Assembly (NCBI GenBank): GCA_016184225.1
Contig: JACPDA010000004.1
Coordinates: 208,372 to 272,371 of the forward strand
Source: Candidatus Daviesbacteria bacterium
Lineage (GTDB): Bacteria; Patescibacteriota; Microgenomatia; Daviesbacterales; UBA10151
Direction: 5' to 3'
DNA: 64,000 nt
Each line of letters opens with the position of its first letter. Position 1 is the first letter of the stretch. The notes below the pieces were generated by a model, which worked only from the letters and a program-made list of their open reading frames with translations, searched no databases and had not been told where the DNA came from. Below, piece after piece: positions 19,568 to 30,156 of the stretch. The position numbers and the translations under genes are program-made.

Positions 19568-20193
19568 GGGTGGCTGCCCTGGGATTTTTATCAATCGGGA
19601 TCATTCTCCTTCTGCAGGTAGTTTTACCGATAGTTTCATTTGAATTGTGGGCTATTGGACAAGAATATAATAACCGGGTTCTGATTAGTCCACACAAGTC
19701 AGGGCAGCAGGTTTTAGGGGTCTCGGTCCAAAATAACAATAATTTCCCTACTTTTATTTCCAATTTAACCAGGCAGTCAAAACCGAACTATAATCAGTTC
19801 TTGCTTTCTGTGCCTAGGCTTAAGCTAGAGGGGAAAGCTGTTTATGTAGATAGTAATGACTTGTCAAAAGGATTGGCTCAGCTTCCCGGCTCTGCCATGC
19901 CCGGAGAAAAGGGGAATGTATTTATTTCAGGACATTCTGCGCTCAGCAAATTTATTGCCGGTGAAACAGCTATTTTTGCAAAGTTAACAGATTTAAAAAA
20001 AGATGATGAGATTTTTGTGGAGGCGGCAGGTAGTCGGTTTGTCTATAGGGTGGTGGGAATTAAAATTGTTGACCCGAGCGATTTGTCCGTTATTCTTGCA
20101 CCTGATGAGCAAGGAAGGTATATTTCTTTAATGACCTGTGTGCCTCCCGGTTTAAACTACAAACGCCTAATTGTTTTGGGAAAAATAATTTAG
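19564..20193 (+). CDS. Sortase-family protein
   Basis: N-terminal TM, PGEKGNVFISGHS, ISLMTC, downstream R (KRLIV). Confidence 0.9.
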   Translation: MRVAALGFLSIGIILLLQVVLPIVSFELWAIGQEYNNRVLISPHKSGQQVLGVSVQNNNNFPTFISNLTRQSKPNYNQFLLSVPRLKLEGKAVYVDSNDLSKGLAQLPGSAMPGEKGNVFISGHSALSKFIAGETAIFAKLTDLKKDDEIFVEAAGSRFVYRVVGIKIVDPSDLSVILAPDEQGRYISLMTCVPPGLNYKRLIVLGKII

Positions 20194-20194
20194 A

Positions 20195-20572
20195 ATGAAA
20201 TATCTTGGGGTAGATTTTGGTTTAAGAAGGATTGGTTTGGCAATTTCAGAAGGAGAGCTGGCCTCTCCCTGGCAGATCCTGGAAGTAAAAAATTTTACAG
20301 AGGCGGTGGAAAAAACTTCGAAGGTTATTAAAGAAGAAAGGTTTAAAAAAGTAGTGGTTGGTCTGCCGGAAGGTAAAATGGGTAAGAATGTGATAGGATT
20401 TGTGGCGGCTCTGAAAAGGCGAGGATTTGAGGTAGAAACTTTTGAAGAAACATTGTCCAGTAAAAAAGCTTTAGCAGTGATGATTGAACAGGGAATCCAG
20501 CAGAAAAAACGCCGGTATGAGGATGCTTACTCGGCAGCAGGAATTTTACAAAATTATTTAGATAGCTTATGA
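20195..20572 (+). CDS. ruvX: YqgF/RuvX-family RNase H-fold nuclease
   Basis: YLGVDFGLRRIGLAIS, VVGLP, EETLSS, DAYSAAGILQ. Confidence 0.92.
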   Translation: MKYLGVDFGLRRIGLAISEGELASPWQILEVKNFTEAVEKTSKVIKEERFKKVVVGLPEGKMGKNVIGFVAALKRRGFEVETFEETLSSKKALAVMIEQGIQQKKRRYEDAYSAAGILQNYLDSL

Positions 20573-21525
20573 GAAAAATTATAACCGTTATAATTTTCAT
20601 AACAATTATAATCTTTTTGACTAAGGGTTGGTGGGAAAGCCGGTTTAGTCCGGTTTCTGCGGATAAAGCTATCAAAGTATTCGTAATAGCAAAAGGAGCC
20701 GGGGTATCGGAAATTGCCAAAAAATTAAAAGAAAAAAAACTGATTAAATCAGAACTGGCTTTTAAGATTTATGTCAGACAAGATAACTTGGCTAATAAGC
20801 TGCAGGCAGGTTCATATAAACTATCTTCCTCCATGTCTACACCGGAGATAATCAAAGCCCTGCAAACAGGTAGTGAAGATGCTTGGATTACTTTGATAGA
20901 AGGTTGGCGGGTGGAGGAGATAGCTGCAGAATTAAATTCCAAATTCCAAATTCCAAATTCCAAATTCTTAGAATTAGCAGAAGAGGGTTATATGTTTCCT
21001 GACACATATCTTTTTCCAAAAGAGGCCACCGTGGAGTATATAACCGACACTTTAAGAAACACTTTTAATGCCCGTTTCGATCCGCAGCTACGGTCAAAAA
21101 TCCGCTCTCAAGGGTTGACTGAAGATCAGGGAGTAATTTTAGCATCAATAGTGGAGCGGGAAGCTCGTTCTGACGGAGTCAGAAAAATGGTGGCATCAAT
21201 ACTTTTGAAAAGATTTAAAATTGGTATGGCTTTAAATGCCGATGCTACTTTGCAGTATGCTTTGGGGTATCAAGAGCAGGAGCGGAGTTGGTGGAAGCGT
21301 AATCTAAGCAGCGAAGACAAAAAAATAAATTCTCCCTATAATACCTATCTCCACGGCGGTTTCCCGCCAACTCCAATTAGCAATCCCGGTCTTTCATCCC
21401 TTCAGGCTGTTGCCAATGCAGATTCTTCCGTACCTTATTTGTACTATTACCATGACTCAAAAGGGGTTTCTCATTATGGCAAAACCCTGGAAGAACACAA
21501 TCAAAATATAGTCAATTATCCTTGA
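20569..21525 (+). CDS. mltG: Endolytic transglycosylase MltG
   Basis: EGYMFPDTY, LASIVERE, SPYNTY..G.PPTPISNPG. Confidence 0.93.
   Translation: MRKIITVIIFITIIIFLTKGWWESRFSPVSADKAIKVFVIAKGAGVSEIAKKLKEKKLIKSELAFKIYVRQDNLANKLQAGSYKLSSSMSTPEIIKALQTGSEDAWITLIEGWRVEEIAAELNSKFQIPNSKFLELAEEGYMFPDTYLFPKEATVEYITDTLRNTFNARFDPQLRSKIRSQGLTEDQGVILASIVEREARSDGVRKMVASILLKRFKIGMALNADATLQYALGYQEQERSWWKRNLSSEDKKINSPYNTYLHGGFPPTPISNPGLSSLQAVANADSSVPYLYYYHDSKGVSHYGKTLEEHNQNIVNYP
20934..20967 (+). repeat. Tandem heptamer (AAATTCC) x ~5 within mltG
   Basis: aaattcc x4 plus aaattc, encoding NSKFQIPNSKF. Confidence 0.9.
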
Positions 21526-21533
21526 GGATGACC

Positions 21534-21893
21534 ATGTATAAGTTTCGGGGAAAAGTTAGAAGACATAACCAAAGAGGAAGAAAATTAGGTTTTCCAACAG
21601 CTAATGTCAATTTAACTAAAAGCACCCCCGAAGGAGTCTATATCTCTTACGCCAAAATAAAAATATCCACCTATCCTGCGCTGACTTTTATTGGAAAAGC
21701 TAAAACTTTTAATGAAAAGGTCTTTCAGGCAGAAGTCTATATTTTGGATTTTAAGCAGAATATTTATGGCAAGTGGATTTCTGTTAAACTTTTGCGAAAG
21801 ATAAGGGGTAACAAGAAATTTAAGTTCGTTGAAGAATTGGTCGCCCAAATGAAAAAAGATGAAGCGGAAACTAGAAAATATTTTGGGGCTTGA
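21534..21893 (+). CDS. Riboflavin kinase (stand-alone RibF C-terminal domain)
   Basis: GRKLGFPTAN, GVY, EVYILDF..IYG, IRG..KF; start uncertain (21522-21534). Confidence 0.88.
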   Translation: MYKFRGKVRRHNQRGRKLGFPTANVNLTKSTPEGVYISYAKIKISTYPALTFIGKAKTFNEKVFQAEVYILDFKQNIYGKWISVKLLRKIRGNKKFKFVEELVAQMKKDEAETRKYFGA

Positions 21894-21939
21894 CTAATGT
21901 TATTTTTCGTGATATATTGAGCCGAGTTGAATAGAAAAA

Positions 21940-21970
21940 CAGAGGCGTACGTGTACGTATGCTTCTTTTT
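21940..21970 (+). terminator. Terminator-like hairpin in the rpoB leader
   Basis: GAGGCGTACG-TGTA-CGTATGCTTC-TTTTT downstream of TTGACT-17-TATATT (21890-21918). Confidence 0.55.
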
Positions 21971-22017
21971 GTTGGTGCCAATAGATAAGGCAAGTCTGCT
22001 CAAGAGGCCATCTACTA

Positions 22018-25000
22018 ATGTTACTGAACTCATCTAATAATACAAAAGATACAAAACGTAAATATTGGAGCAAAGTAGCAGCTGCCGTCCCCGAACTTAA
22101 TTTAATAAAAATTCAACTGGATTCTTATCATTGGTTTCTCAAAACAGGGATTGCCGAAGTCCTTGAGGAGATTTCTCCTGTCGAAGACTTTACAGGAAAA
22201 AATTGGACCCTAAGCTTAGGGTCTTTTTATTTCGGTAAAACCAAATATAGCGCTGAGCTGGCTCGCGAAAAAGGAGTTACTTTCGATGCGCCATTAAAAA
22301 TTGAGGCTAAATTAATCAATAAGCAAACAGGGCAAGAATACAAGCAAGATGTGTTTTTGGGGGATATCCCCCAAATGACTGATAAAGGCACTTTTATCAT
22401 TAATGGTGTAGAGCGGGTTATCATTAATCAACTGGTTCGCTCTCCCGGAGTGTTTTTTCAAGCCAGCGACGATCCGATCACCGGCAAAAGACTATTCTCG
22501 GCCGAGATACGGCCGTATCGGGGTTCTTGGCTTGAGTTTTCGATAACAAGAGGGGGAGTTTTGACCGCAAAGATTGACAGAAGAAGAAAATTTGCCGCCA
22601 CAACTCTTCTCAGGGCACTGGGGTTTTCCGATAACGAATCAATACATAAACTTTTTGCAGATGTTGACACTGAAGATGATAAATTCATCGAAACAACTCT
22701 TGCTAAAGACCCTACCACAAGCTCTGATGAGGCGCTGCTGGAGATTTTTAGGAAGATGCGTCCCGGTGATCCGGTAGTTTTAGATAATGCAAAAGCACTG
22801 CTGGATGGGATGTTTTTTAACTCCCGGCGTTATAACTTAATCAGAGTTGGTAGGTATAAAATCAATAAAAGATTAAACTTAACCCTGCCAAACACCCCCG
22901 AAAATTGGATTTTAACCAAAGAAGATATTATCGCTACTTTAAAATATCTTATTAAACTAAGCCGCGGTGAGGGGAGGCTAGACGATATTGACCATTTGGC
23001 AAATAGACGTGTCAGGTGTGCCGGAGAGTTGGTTCAGCAAAATGCTTTTAGAATTGGAGTTTTAAGGCTTGAACGAATTATCAAAGAAAGAATGAGTTTA
23101 ACAGCTTCTGATCAGGAAGTCAGTCCCGGTGGTTTAATTAACGCTAAACCGGTAATTGCAGCCATTAATGAATTTTTCCGCTCTTCCCAGCTATCTTCTA
23201 TTTTAGATCAAGTTAACCCTTTATCAGAGCTGGACCACTTAAGAAGGCTTTCTGTTATGGGGGCTGGTGGAATTACAAGGGATAGGGCATCTTTTTCTGT
23301 CCGGGATATTAACCATTCTCAATACGGAAGAATTGATCCGATTAGGTCTCCCGAAGGCCAGAATATAGGATTGGTTACTTATCTGGCCCTTTATGCCCGT
23401 ATTAACGAATATGGATTTTTGGAAACTCCTTACAGAAAGGTAGTACTTGAAAAGGGTAAACCAAGGGTGACTGGCGAGGTGGTTTATTTCACAGCTGATG
23501 ATGAAGAAAATTCGCATATTACCGAGGCTACAGTAAATATTGATGAAAAAGGTTATATCGTCGACAAGAGGGTTCCGACCCGTTTCCAAGGGAGTTTCTT
23601 TGAAGGGTCAGCTACTGATATTTCATTAATCGATATTTCTCCTCAGCAGATCTTTGGAACAAGTGCATCTTTAATCCCCTTTTTGGCAAATGATGATGCA
23701 AATAGAGCTTTAATGGGTACTCAGATGCAATGTCAGGCAGTTCCTTTGCTTCAGCCGTCTGCGCCTATTGTTGGAACAGGCATGGAGCGTATAGTCGCCG
23801 ATAATATGGGAAGGGTAGTGCGGGCGCCTGAAGACGGGGAAGTTAAATATGTAGACGGGAAAAAGCTTGTTTTGAAAACAACACGCCCTTCCTCTGGAGG
23901 TAAAAAAGAGGAATTCAAATATGAAATCAAGAAATTTGTACACTCCCCTCAGGGTACTTGTTATTCACAAAGGCCGGTAGTTGGAGTTGGAGAAAAAGTT
24001 AAAAAGGGCGATCTTTTGATTGATGGTGCAGCTTGTGATCAGGGTGAGCTGGCACTAGGCCAGAATTTATTGATTGCTTACATGAGTTTTGACGGTTTAG
24101 GATACGAGGACGCCATCGTGATTTCAGACAGGTTGGTAAAAGATGATAGTTTGACTTCAATTCATATTGAAGAATATGAGGTTGACGTCGTAGAAACCAA
24201 ACTTGGTCCGGAAGAGTTGACCAACGATATTCCGAATGTATCCGAGGAAGCATTGGTCAATTTAGACGAAGGTGGAATTATCAGGATTGGGGCAGAAGTG
24301 GGACCAAATGATATTTTAGTGGGTAAAGTCCAGCCTAAAGGTGAAACTGAGCTTACTGCGGAAGAAAGACTGCTGCGGGCTATTTTTGGAGAAAAGGCAA
24401 AAGAGGTGAGAGATACATCTTTAAGGATCCCCCATGGTGAAAGAGGTACTGTTATTAGTGTGCAAATTCTCTCACGAGACGAAGGAGACGAGCTAGATAC
24501 AGGAACACTGATGCGGATTAAGGTTAAAGTTGCCCAACTACGGAAGGTAACAGCTGGAGACAAGCTGGCAGGCCGTCACGGTAACAAAGGAGTTATTTCA
24601 AAGATAGTTCCTGTGGCAGACATGCCGTGCCTGTCGGACGGAACACCTATTGATATTATTATTTCTCCCCTGTCTGTTTTGTCCAGGATGAATTTGGGGC
24701 AGCTGCTGGAAACCCATTGGGGGTTTGCAGCGAGGAAACTGGGATACAAAATCGCTGCTCCTGTTTTTGAAAAAATTCCCGAAGAAAAATTAATGGAAGA
24801 GCTTCAAAAAGCAGGATATCAGACAGACGGCAAAGTCCAGCTTTTTGATGGTAGAACAGGGGAGTCGTTTGGTAATACTATTGTGGTGGGCAGAAATTAC
24901 ATCCTCAAATTAATCCACATGGTTGAGGAAAAGATTCATGCCCGTTCTACAGGGCCTTACTCTTTGGTAACCCAACAGCCTTTAGGCGGAAAAGCTCAGA

Positions 25001-25413
25001 TGGGGGGACAGCGTTTGGGGGAGATGGAAGTGTGGGCTCTGGAAGCTTATGGTGCTGCCCATATTTTACAAGAAATGTTGACTATAAAATCTGATGATGT
25101 GGTAGGAAGAGCTAAAACTTTTGAAGCGATTGTTAAAGGAATTGATATTCCTCAGGCTTTAATTCCGGAATCCTTCAAAGTATTGGTTAAGGAACTGCAG
25201 GCTTTAGGTTTATCTGTTGAGACGCTAGGAGCAAAAATAGTTCAGGCGGAGGAAGTTGAGGAAAAGGAAGAGGTTATCGCTGAAGTAGCAGAGTTGGAAG
25301 AAGCTTTAGAGATGAAACCGACTGCCGAAAAAGCAGAACTGGAAGCCGAAAATAGCTCTTTTGAGGTAATTGATGCAAGCTCTGAAATGGAAAAAGAAAA
25401 GGAGGAGGAATGA
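22018..25413 (+). CDS. rpoB: RNA polymerase beta subunit
   Basis: GTFIINGVERV, GDKLAGRHGNKG, HARSTGPYSLVTQQPLGG, GGQRLGEMEVWALEAYGAA. Confidence 0.99.
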   Translation: MLLNSSNNTKDTKRKYWSKVAAAVPELNLIKIQLDSYHWFLKTGIAEVLEEISPVEDFTGKNWTLSLGSFYFGKTKYSAELAREKGVTFDAPLKIEAKLINKQTGQEYKQDVFLGDIPQMTDKGTFIINGVERVIINQLVRSPGVFFQASDDPITGKRLFSAEIRPYRGSWLEFSITRGGVLTAKIDRRRKFAATTLLRALGFSDNESIHKLFADVDTEDDKFIETTLAKDPTTSSDEALLEIFRKMRPGDPVVLDNAKALLDGMFFNSRRYNLIRVGRYKINKRLNLTLPNTPENWILTKEDIIATLKYLIKLSRGEGRLDDIDHLANRRVRCAGELVQQNAFRIGVLRLERIIKERMSLTASDQEVSPGGLINAKPVIAAINEFFRSSQLSSILDQVNPLSELDHLRRLSVMGAGGITRDRASFSVRDINHSQYGRIDPIRSPEGQNIGLVTYLALYARINEYGFLETPYRKVVLEKGKPRVTGEVVYFTADDEENSHITEATVNIDEKGYIVDKRVPTRFQGSFFEGSATDISLIDISPQQIFGTSASLIPFLANDDANRALMGTQMQCQAVPLLQPSAPIVGTGMERIVADNMGRVVRAPEDGEVKYVDGKKLVLKTTRPSSGGKKEEFKYEIKKFVHSPQGTCYSQRPVVGVGEKVKKGDLLIDGAACDQGELALGQNLLIAYMSFDGLGYEDAIVISDRLVKDDSLTSIHIEEYEVDVVETKLGPEELTNDIPNVSEEALVNLDEGGIIRIGAEVGPNDILVGKVQPKGETELTAEERLLRAIFGEKAKEVRDTSLRIPHGERGTVISVQILSRDEGDELDTGTLMRIKVKVAQLRKVTAGDKLAGRHGNKGVISKIVPVADMPCLSDGTPIDIIISPLSVLSRMNLGQLLETHWGFAARKLGYKIAAPVFEKIPEEKLMEELQKAGYQTDGKVQLFDGRTGESFGNTIVVGRNYILKLIHMVEEKIHARSTGPYSLVTQQPLGGKAQMGGQRLGEMEVWALEAYGAAHILQEMLTIKSDDVVGRAKTFEAIVKGIDIPQALIPESFKVLVKELQALGLSVETLGAKIVQAEEVEEKEEVIAEVAELEEALEMKPTAEKAELEAENSSFEVIDASSEMEKEKEEE

Positions 25414-28400
25414 ATGATTTGCTAGATTTTGAAAGCTTAAAATTAACAGTTGCTTCACCGGAACAAATAAAAAGCTGGTCCTTTGGCGAGGTCACTAAAC
25501 CGGAAACTATAAATTACCGGACTTTGAAAGCGGAAAAAGATGGATTATTCTCAGAAAACATCTTTGGTCCAACCAAAGATTACGAGTGTTATTGTGGTAA
25601 GTACAAAAGGATTAGATTCCGGGGAGTTATCTGTGATAAGTGCGGAGTTGAGGTTACCCAAAGCAAGGTTAGGCGGGAGAGAATGGGTCATATTAACCTG
25701 GCCTCCCCTGTTGCCCATAGCTGGTTTGTTAAAGGTGCACCGTCGAAGTTATCATTAATATTGGATATCTCCCCTAAAAACCTGGAAGCAGTTATTTATT
25801 TTGCTTCTTATTTGGTGACTAATATTGATCCAAACGGTAAAACCGAGGCTCTCCAAAAATTAGAAAAAGATCTGGAAGCCAAAATTGCAGCTTCTAAAGA
25901 AACTTTAGAAGGTGATATAAAGCTACTGGAAGAGACGCTTAAAAAAGATCTGGCCGAATTAAAGAAAAAGCTGGAAAAGGAGAAGTTTGAGTTGGAAGCA
26001 CAAGAGAATGAATTAAAGGTAAGGTCCGAGATCCAAAAATTACGAGATAATTTAGTGGGAGAGATTACTACCCTGGAGGGAATTAATAAAGTAGTGTCGG
26101 ATTTGGTGAAGTCTGTTACACCCCTAAAGCTTTTATCAGAAGAGGAATATTACAAACTTTCTGAATATGGAGTGTCGGATTTTCTTGAAGTAGGAATGGG
26201 GGCAGAGGCATTTTTGGATGTGTTGCAAAGTTTGGATCTAGATAAGTTAGCAGCCAATTTACGGGAGGAAGTCAGAAAATCTACCGGGCAAAAGCATATT
26301 AAAGCCACAAAAAGGCTTCGGGTCATTGAAGGAATGCGCTCATCGGGTATATCTGCCGCCTGGTTAATTTTACGGGTATTACCGATTTTACCGCCAGATC
26401 TTCGGCCAATGGTGCAACTCCCGGGTGGAAGATTTGCAACTTCGGATTTGAACGATTTGTACAGAAGAGTAATTAATAGGAATAACCGTTTAAATAGATT
26501 AATTAATTTAGGTGCTCCGGAAATAATTTTACGAAACGAGAAAAGAATGCTTCAGGAAGCTGTAGATAGTTTAATTGATTCATCGTCCAGAACTTCCAGA
26601 CGAGGTGGTGCTGCCACAACCCATTTTTTACGTTCTCTTTCCGATATGTTACGGGGTAAACAAGGTAGGTTTAGGCAGAATCTTCTAGGGAAAAGGGTAG
26701 ATTATTCAGGTAGGTCAGTTATCGTGGTAGGGCCAAAGCTGGGGTTAGACCAGGTAGGTTTACCAAAAGAAATGGCGTTGGAGATGTTCAAGCCTTTTGT
26801 ACTAAGAGAGATGATAGCCAGGGGTTTAGCCTCTAATGTCAAAGGTGCAAAAAATGTTTTGGAACTTAAGCCCGCCGAGGTCTGGGATATTTTAGAAGAG
26901 ATTATCACTGGGCATCCCATTTTAATCAATAGGGCGCCCACTTTGCACAGACTAGGTATTCAAGCTTTCTATCCGATACTGGTGGATAACAATGCAATTG
27001 CCATCCATCCTTGTATTTGTGCCGGGTTTAATGCCGATTTTGATGGTGATCAGATGGCAATCCATGTGCCACTTTCTGCAAAAGCTCAAGAAGAAGCCAA
27101 GAATTTGATGATGTCGAAAGAAAATATTTTCGGTCCGGCCAATGCTCAGCCGATCACGGTGCCAAATAGAGAAATGGCGCTGGGTTGTTATTATTTAACC
27201 TTTATCGGAGATACTCCGAAAGAGGAAACACTGAGGTTTTTCGCGCTCTCGGAGGATGCGGTAAGAGCCTATACTTTGGGTAAAATCGGGATTCAACAAA
27301 AAATTCAGGTTCGGATAGATAGCGAAACAATTGAAACATCAGTCGGCAGGATCCTGTTTAATCAAGTATTACCTTCTCAAATGAGGTTTCTTAATTCGGT
27401 TATTAAGGGGTTTACCATCCGTGACATCATACTTCGGGCCATGGAGACTCTGGGTAAAGAAGAGGTGACCCATCTTATTGATAGTATTAAGAGTTTAGGT
27501 TTCTGGGGGGCAACGATCGCCGGTATTTCGATCTCGATCTTTGATGCCAAGGTAGTTCCTGATAAACAAAAGTACTTAGACAGTGCTATGAAGGAGATTG
27601 CTACTATTGAAGCCAATACTGCCAAAGGGTTAATCACCCCGCAAGAAAAATCGCAATTGTCACAAATGGTCTGGATTAGAACTACTGAAGAGTTGGCCAA
27701 CGCCACTTGGGATTATCTGGGTTTTAAAAACCCGATCAGGATGATGGTGGAAGCAGGCGCTAGAGGGTCCAGAGATCAGGCAAAGCAACTTTCCGCTATG
27801 AGAGGTTTATCTACTGACCCAACCGGTAAAATCGTTGAACTGCCTACCAAATCAAACTACCGTCAGGGTTTATCCGTGTTTGAATATTTTACATCGGCCA
27901 GGGGAGCCAGAAAAGGTGTGGCAGATAAAGCCTTAAAGACAGCCGATGCGGGATATTTGACAAGAAGATTAGTAGATGTGGCCCACGATGTAATTATTAG
28001 AATGGATGATTGCGGAACCGGAGAGGCTCTTGAATATGATATCGCAAAAAGTAGCTTTAATACTGCACGAGAGAAATTATTGGGAAGGATTACCGCGGAA
28101 AATGTTTTGGAGCCTAAGAGCAGAAGAGTGATTGTAAAAAAAGGAGCGTTTTTAACCGAGGAAATGATCACTCAAATCTTAAAAGCTGGGGTGGTTAAAA
28201 CATCAGCCCGTTCCCCATTAACTTGTGAGGCGCGTTATGGAATTTGCGCAGCTTGTTATGGTTTTGATCTTACCACAAGGGAACTTGTTAAAATTGGTAC
28301 ACCTGTTGGTGTAGTGGCTGCTCAAGCGATTGGCGAACCAGGCACACAGCTTACCATGCGTACATTCCACACCGGAGGAATTGTCGGTTTGGATATTACC

Positions 28401-29102
28401 CAAGGTTTGCCAAGAGTTGAAGAGTTATTTGAAGCCAGGTCTCCCAAGGTAGCCTCTCCTATGTCAGAGATTGCCGGAAAGGTTTCCATAATTGAGACCA
28501 ATATGGGAATAAGGGTCAGAGTGAGAACTACTCAAAAGCCGCACGAAGAAAGAGAATATATTATTCCAGCCACCTCTACTCTTTCGGTGGAGGATGGGCA
28601 ACTTATCGATGCCGGGACGATTTTAGCCTCAGGGCATGTAGATGCTAAAGAGATTTTAAGGATTCAAGGCTTAAGAGCGGCACAGCGTTATATAGTTGAT
28701 GAGGTTCGATTGGTCTATGAATCTCAAGGTGTGCCTATTAACGGAAAGCATTTTGAAGTAATTGTCAGAAAAATGTCGGATAAAGTTAGAGTAGAAACTC
28801 AAGGTGATACTAATCTCTTACCTGGTGAAACTATTGATCGAATCCGTTTTGAAGAAGAGAATAAAAGGGTTTTAGCAGGTGGCGGTGAGGCGGCAACGGC
28901 AGAAGTGGTTATTTTGGGAATAACCAGGGCTTCTTTGCAAACAGAGAGCTTCTTGTCAGCAGCTTCATTCCAGGAAACTACCTCAATACTTTCAGATGCT
29001 GCTATTTCCGGCAAAGAAGATAAGCTGATCGGCTTAAAAGAAAATGTTATAATTGGCCGGCTTATCCCCACCAGTTATGAAAGGGCTAAGATAGAAGGGT
29101 AA
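25410..29102 (+). CDS. rpoC: RNA polymerase beta' subunit
   Basis: NADFDGDQMA, zinc finger, GEPGTQLTMRTFH. Confidence 0.99.
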   Translation: MNDLLDFESLKLTVASPEQIKSWSFGEVTKPETINYRTLKAEKDGLFSENIFGPTKDYECYCGKYKRIRFRGVICDKCGVEVTQSKVRRERMGHINLASPVAHSWFVKGAPSKLSLILDISPKNLEAVIYFASYLVTNIDPNGKTEALQKLEKDLEAKIAASKETLEGDIKLLEETLKKDLAELKKKLEKEKFELEAQENELKVRSEIQKLRDNLVGEITTLEGINKVVSDLVKSVTPLKLLSEEEYYKLSEYGVSDFLEVGMGAEAFLDVLQSLDLDKLAANLREEVRKSTGQKHIKATKRLRVIEGMRSSGISAAWLILRVLPILPPDLRPMVQLPGGRFATSDLNDLYRRVINRNNRLNRLINLGAPEIILRNEKRMLQEAVDSLIDSSSRTSRRGGAATTHFLRSLSDMLRGKQGRFRQNLLGKRVDYSGRSVIVVGPKLGLDQVGLPKEMALEMFKPFVLREMIARGLASNVKGAKNVLELKPAEVWDILEEIITGHPILINRAPTLHRLGIQAFYPILVDNNAIAIHPCICAGFNADFDGDQMAIHVPLSAKAQEEAKNLMMSKENIFGPANAQPITVPNREMALGCYYLTFIGDTPKEETLRFFALSEDAVRAYTLGKIGIQQKIQVRIDSETIETSVGRILFNQVLPSQMRFLNSVIKGFTIRDIILRAMETLGKEEVTHLIDSIKSLGFWGATIAGISISIFDAKVVPDKQKYLDSAMKEIATIEANTAKGLITPQEKSQLSQMVWIRTTEELANATWDYLGFKNPIRMMVEAGARGSRDQAKQLSAMRGLSTDPTGKIVELPTKSNYRQGLSVFEYFTSARGARKGVADKALKTADAGYLTRRLVDVAHDVIIRMDDCGTGEALEYDIAKSSFNTAREKLLGRITAENVLEPKSRRVIVKKGAFLTEEMITQILKAGVVKTSARSPLTCEARYGICAACYGFDLTTRELVKIGTPVGVVAAQAIGEPGTQLTMRTFHTGGIVGLDITQGLPRVEELFEARSPKVASPMSEIAGKVSIIETNMGIRVRVRTTQKPHEEREYIIPATSTLSVEDGQLIDAGTILASGHVDAKEILRIQGLRAAQRYIVDEVRLVYESQGVPINGKHFEVIVRKMSDKVRVETQGDTNLLPGETIDRIRFEEENKRVLAGGGEAATAEVVILGITRASLQTESFLSAASFQETTSILSDAAISGKEDKLIGLKENVIIGRLIPTSYERAKIEG

Positions 29103-29116
29103 AAAGGAATTAATGT

Positions 29117-29584
29117 ATGCCAACTATAAACCAATTAGTTAGAAAAGGCAGAAAAAAGGTCACCAGAAAGATCAAAGCTACAGCTTTACGCCGTGGCTTT
29201 AATGCTAAAGACAGAAGGTATACACAGGAATTTAATCCGCAAAAACGGGGGGTGGTGACCTTGGTGAAAACAATGACCCCTAAAAAACCAAATTCAGCCC
29301 TTAGAAAAGTGGCCAGAGTTAGACTTTCCAATAGGACTGAAGTCACAGCCTATATTCAAGGCGAAGGTCACTCTTTGGCAGAACACGGCATAGTCTTAGT
29401 AAGAGGGGGTAGAGTAAAGGATTTACCGGGAGTTAAATATCATCTGGTTAGGGGAAAATACGATTTGGCAGGAGTAGCGGGAAGGAAACAAGGCAGGTCC
29501 AGATATGGTACAAAGGCAGGAGGGGCAGCTGCCCCACCCAGACCAGTAGCACCCGTAGCAGCACCAGCGGAGGCAGCAGCATGA
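29117..29584 (+). CDS. rpsL: 30S ribosomal protein S12
   Basis: [21 protein letters not shown]. Confidence 0.99.
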   Translation: MPTINQLVRKGRKKVTRKIKATALRRGFNAKDRRYTQEFNPQKRGVVTLVKTMTPKKPNSALRKVARVRLSNRTEVTAYIQGEGHSLAEHGIVLVRGGRVKDLPGVKYHLVRGKYDLAGVAGRKQGRSRYGTKAGGAAAPPRPVAPVAAPAEAAA

Positions 29585-30057
29585 GAAGCAAAAAAGCACC
29601 AAAACAAATACTATCCCCAGACTCAATCTATAATTCAAGATTAGTAACAAGGTTTATTAATAAATTAATGATCAGCGGTAAGAAAACTATTGCGGAAAAG
29701 GTGGTTTACCGGGCACTGGAGACGATAAAAGAGCAAGCTAAGCAAGAGCCCCTAGCAGTTTTTGAGAAAGCTATTGCCAATGTGGCTCCAAAGATGGAGG
29801 TCAGACCCCGCCGTGTGGGAGGAGCCTCATACCAGGTGCCGGTAGAGGTTCGTGGTGACAGAAAAGAAGCCTTGGCCATCAGGTGGATTCTGTCCGGTGC
29901 AAAATCAAGATCTAATAAAGAGTATCATTCGTTTGATAAAAAACTGGCGGCAGAGTTTTTAGATGCTGCAAATAACACCGGTTTAGCTGTTAAGAAGAAA
30001 GAAGATATTCAGCGCCAAGCTGCAGCCAATAGGGCATTTAGTCATTTCCGTTGGTGA
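29581..30057 (+). CDS. rpsG: 30S ribosomal protein S7
   Basis: [24 protein letters not shown]. Confidence 0.99.
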   Translation: MRSKKAPKQILSPDSIYNSRLVTRFINKLMISGKKTIAEKVVYRALETIKEQAKQEPLAVFEKAIANVAPKMEVRPRRVGGASYQVPVEVRGDRKEALAIRWILSGAKSRSNKEYHSFDKKLAAEFLDAANNTGLAVKKKEDIQRQAAANRAFSHFRW

Positions 30058-30156
30058 TACTTTCTCTAGACCCGATATTTATCTCCTATACGTGTCTGTA
30101 TCCAGCTATAAAAAGTCTTTGTTGACAAATATTGCGATAAGTGGTATTATATTTTT

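Noticed and set aside
22018-29102. Inteins or introns in rpoB/rpoC (also checked in recA)
   Set aside because: Continuous ORFs of normal or short length without splice motifs.
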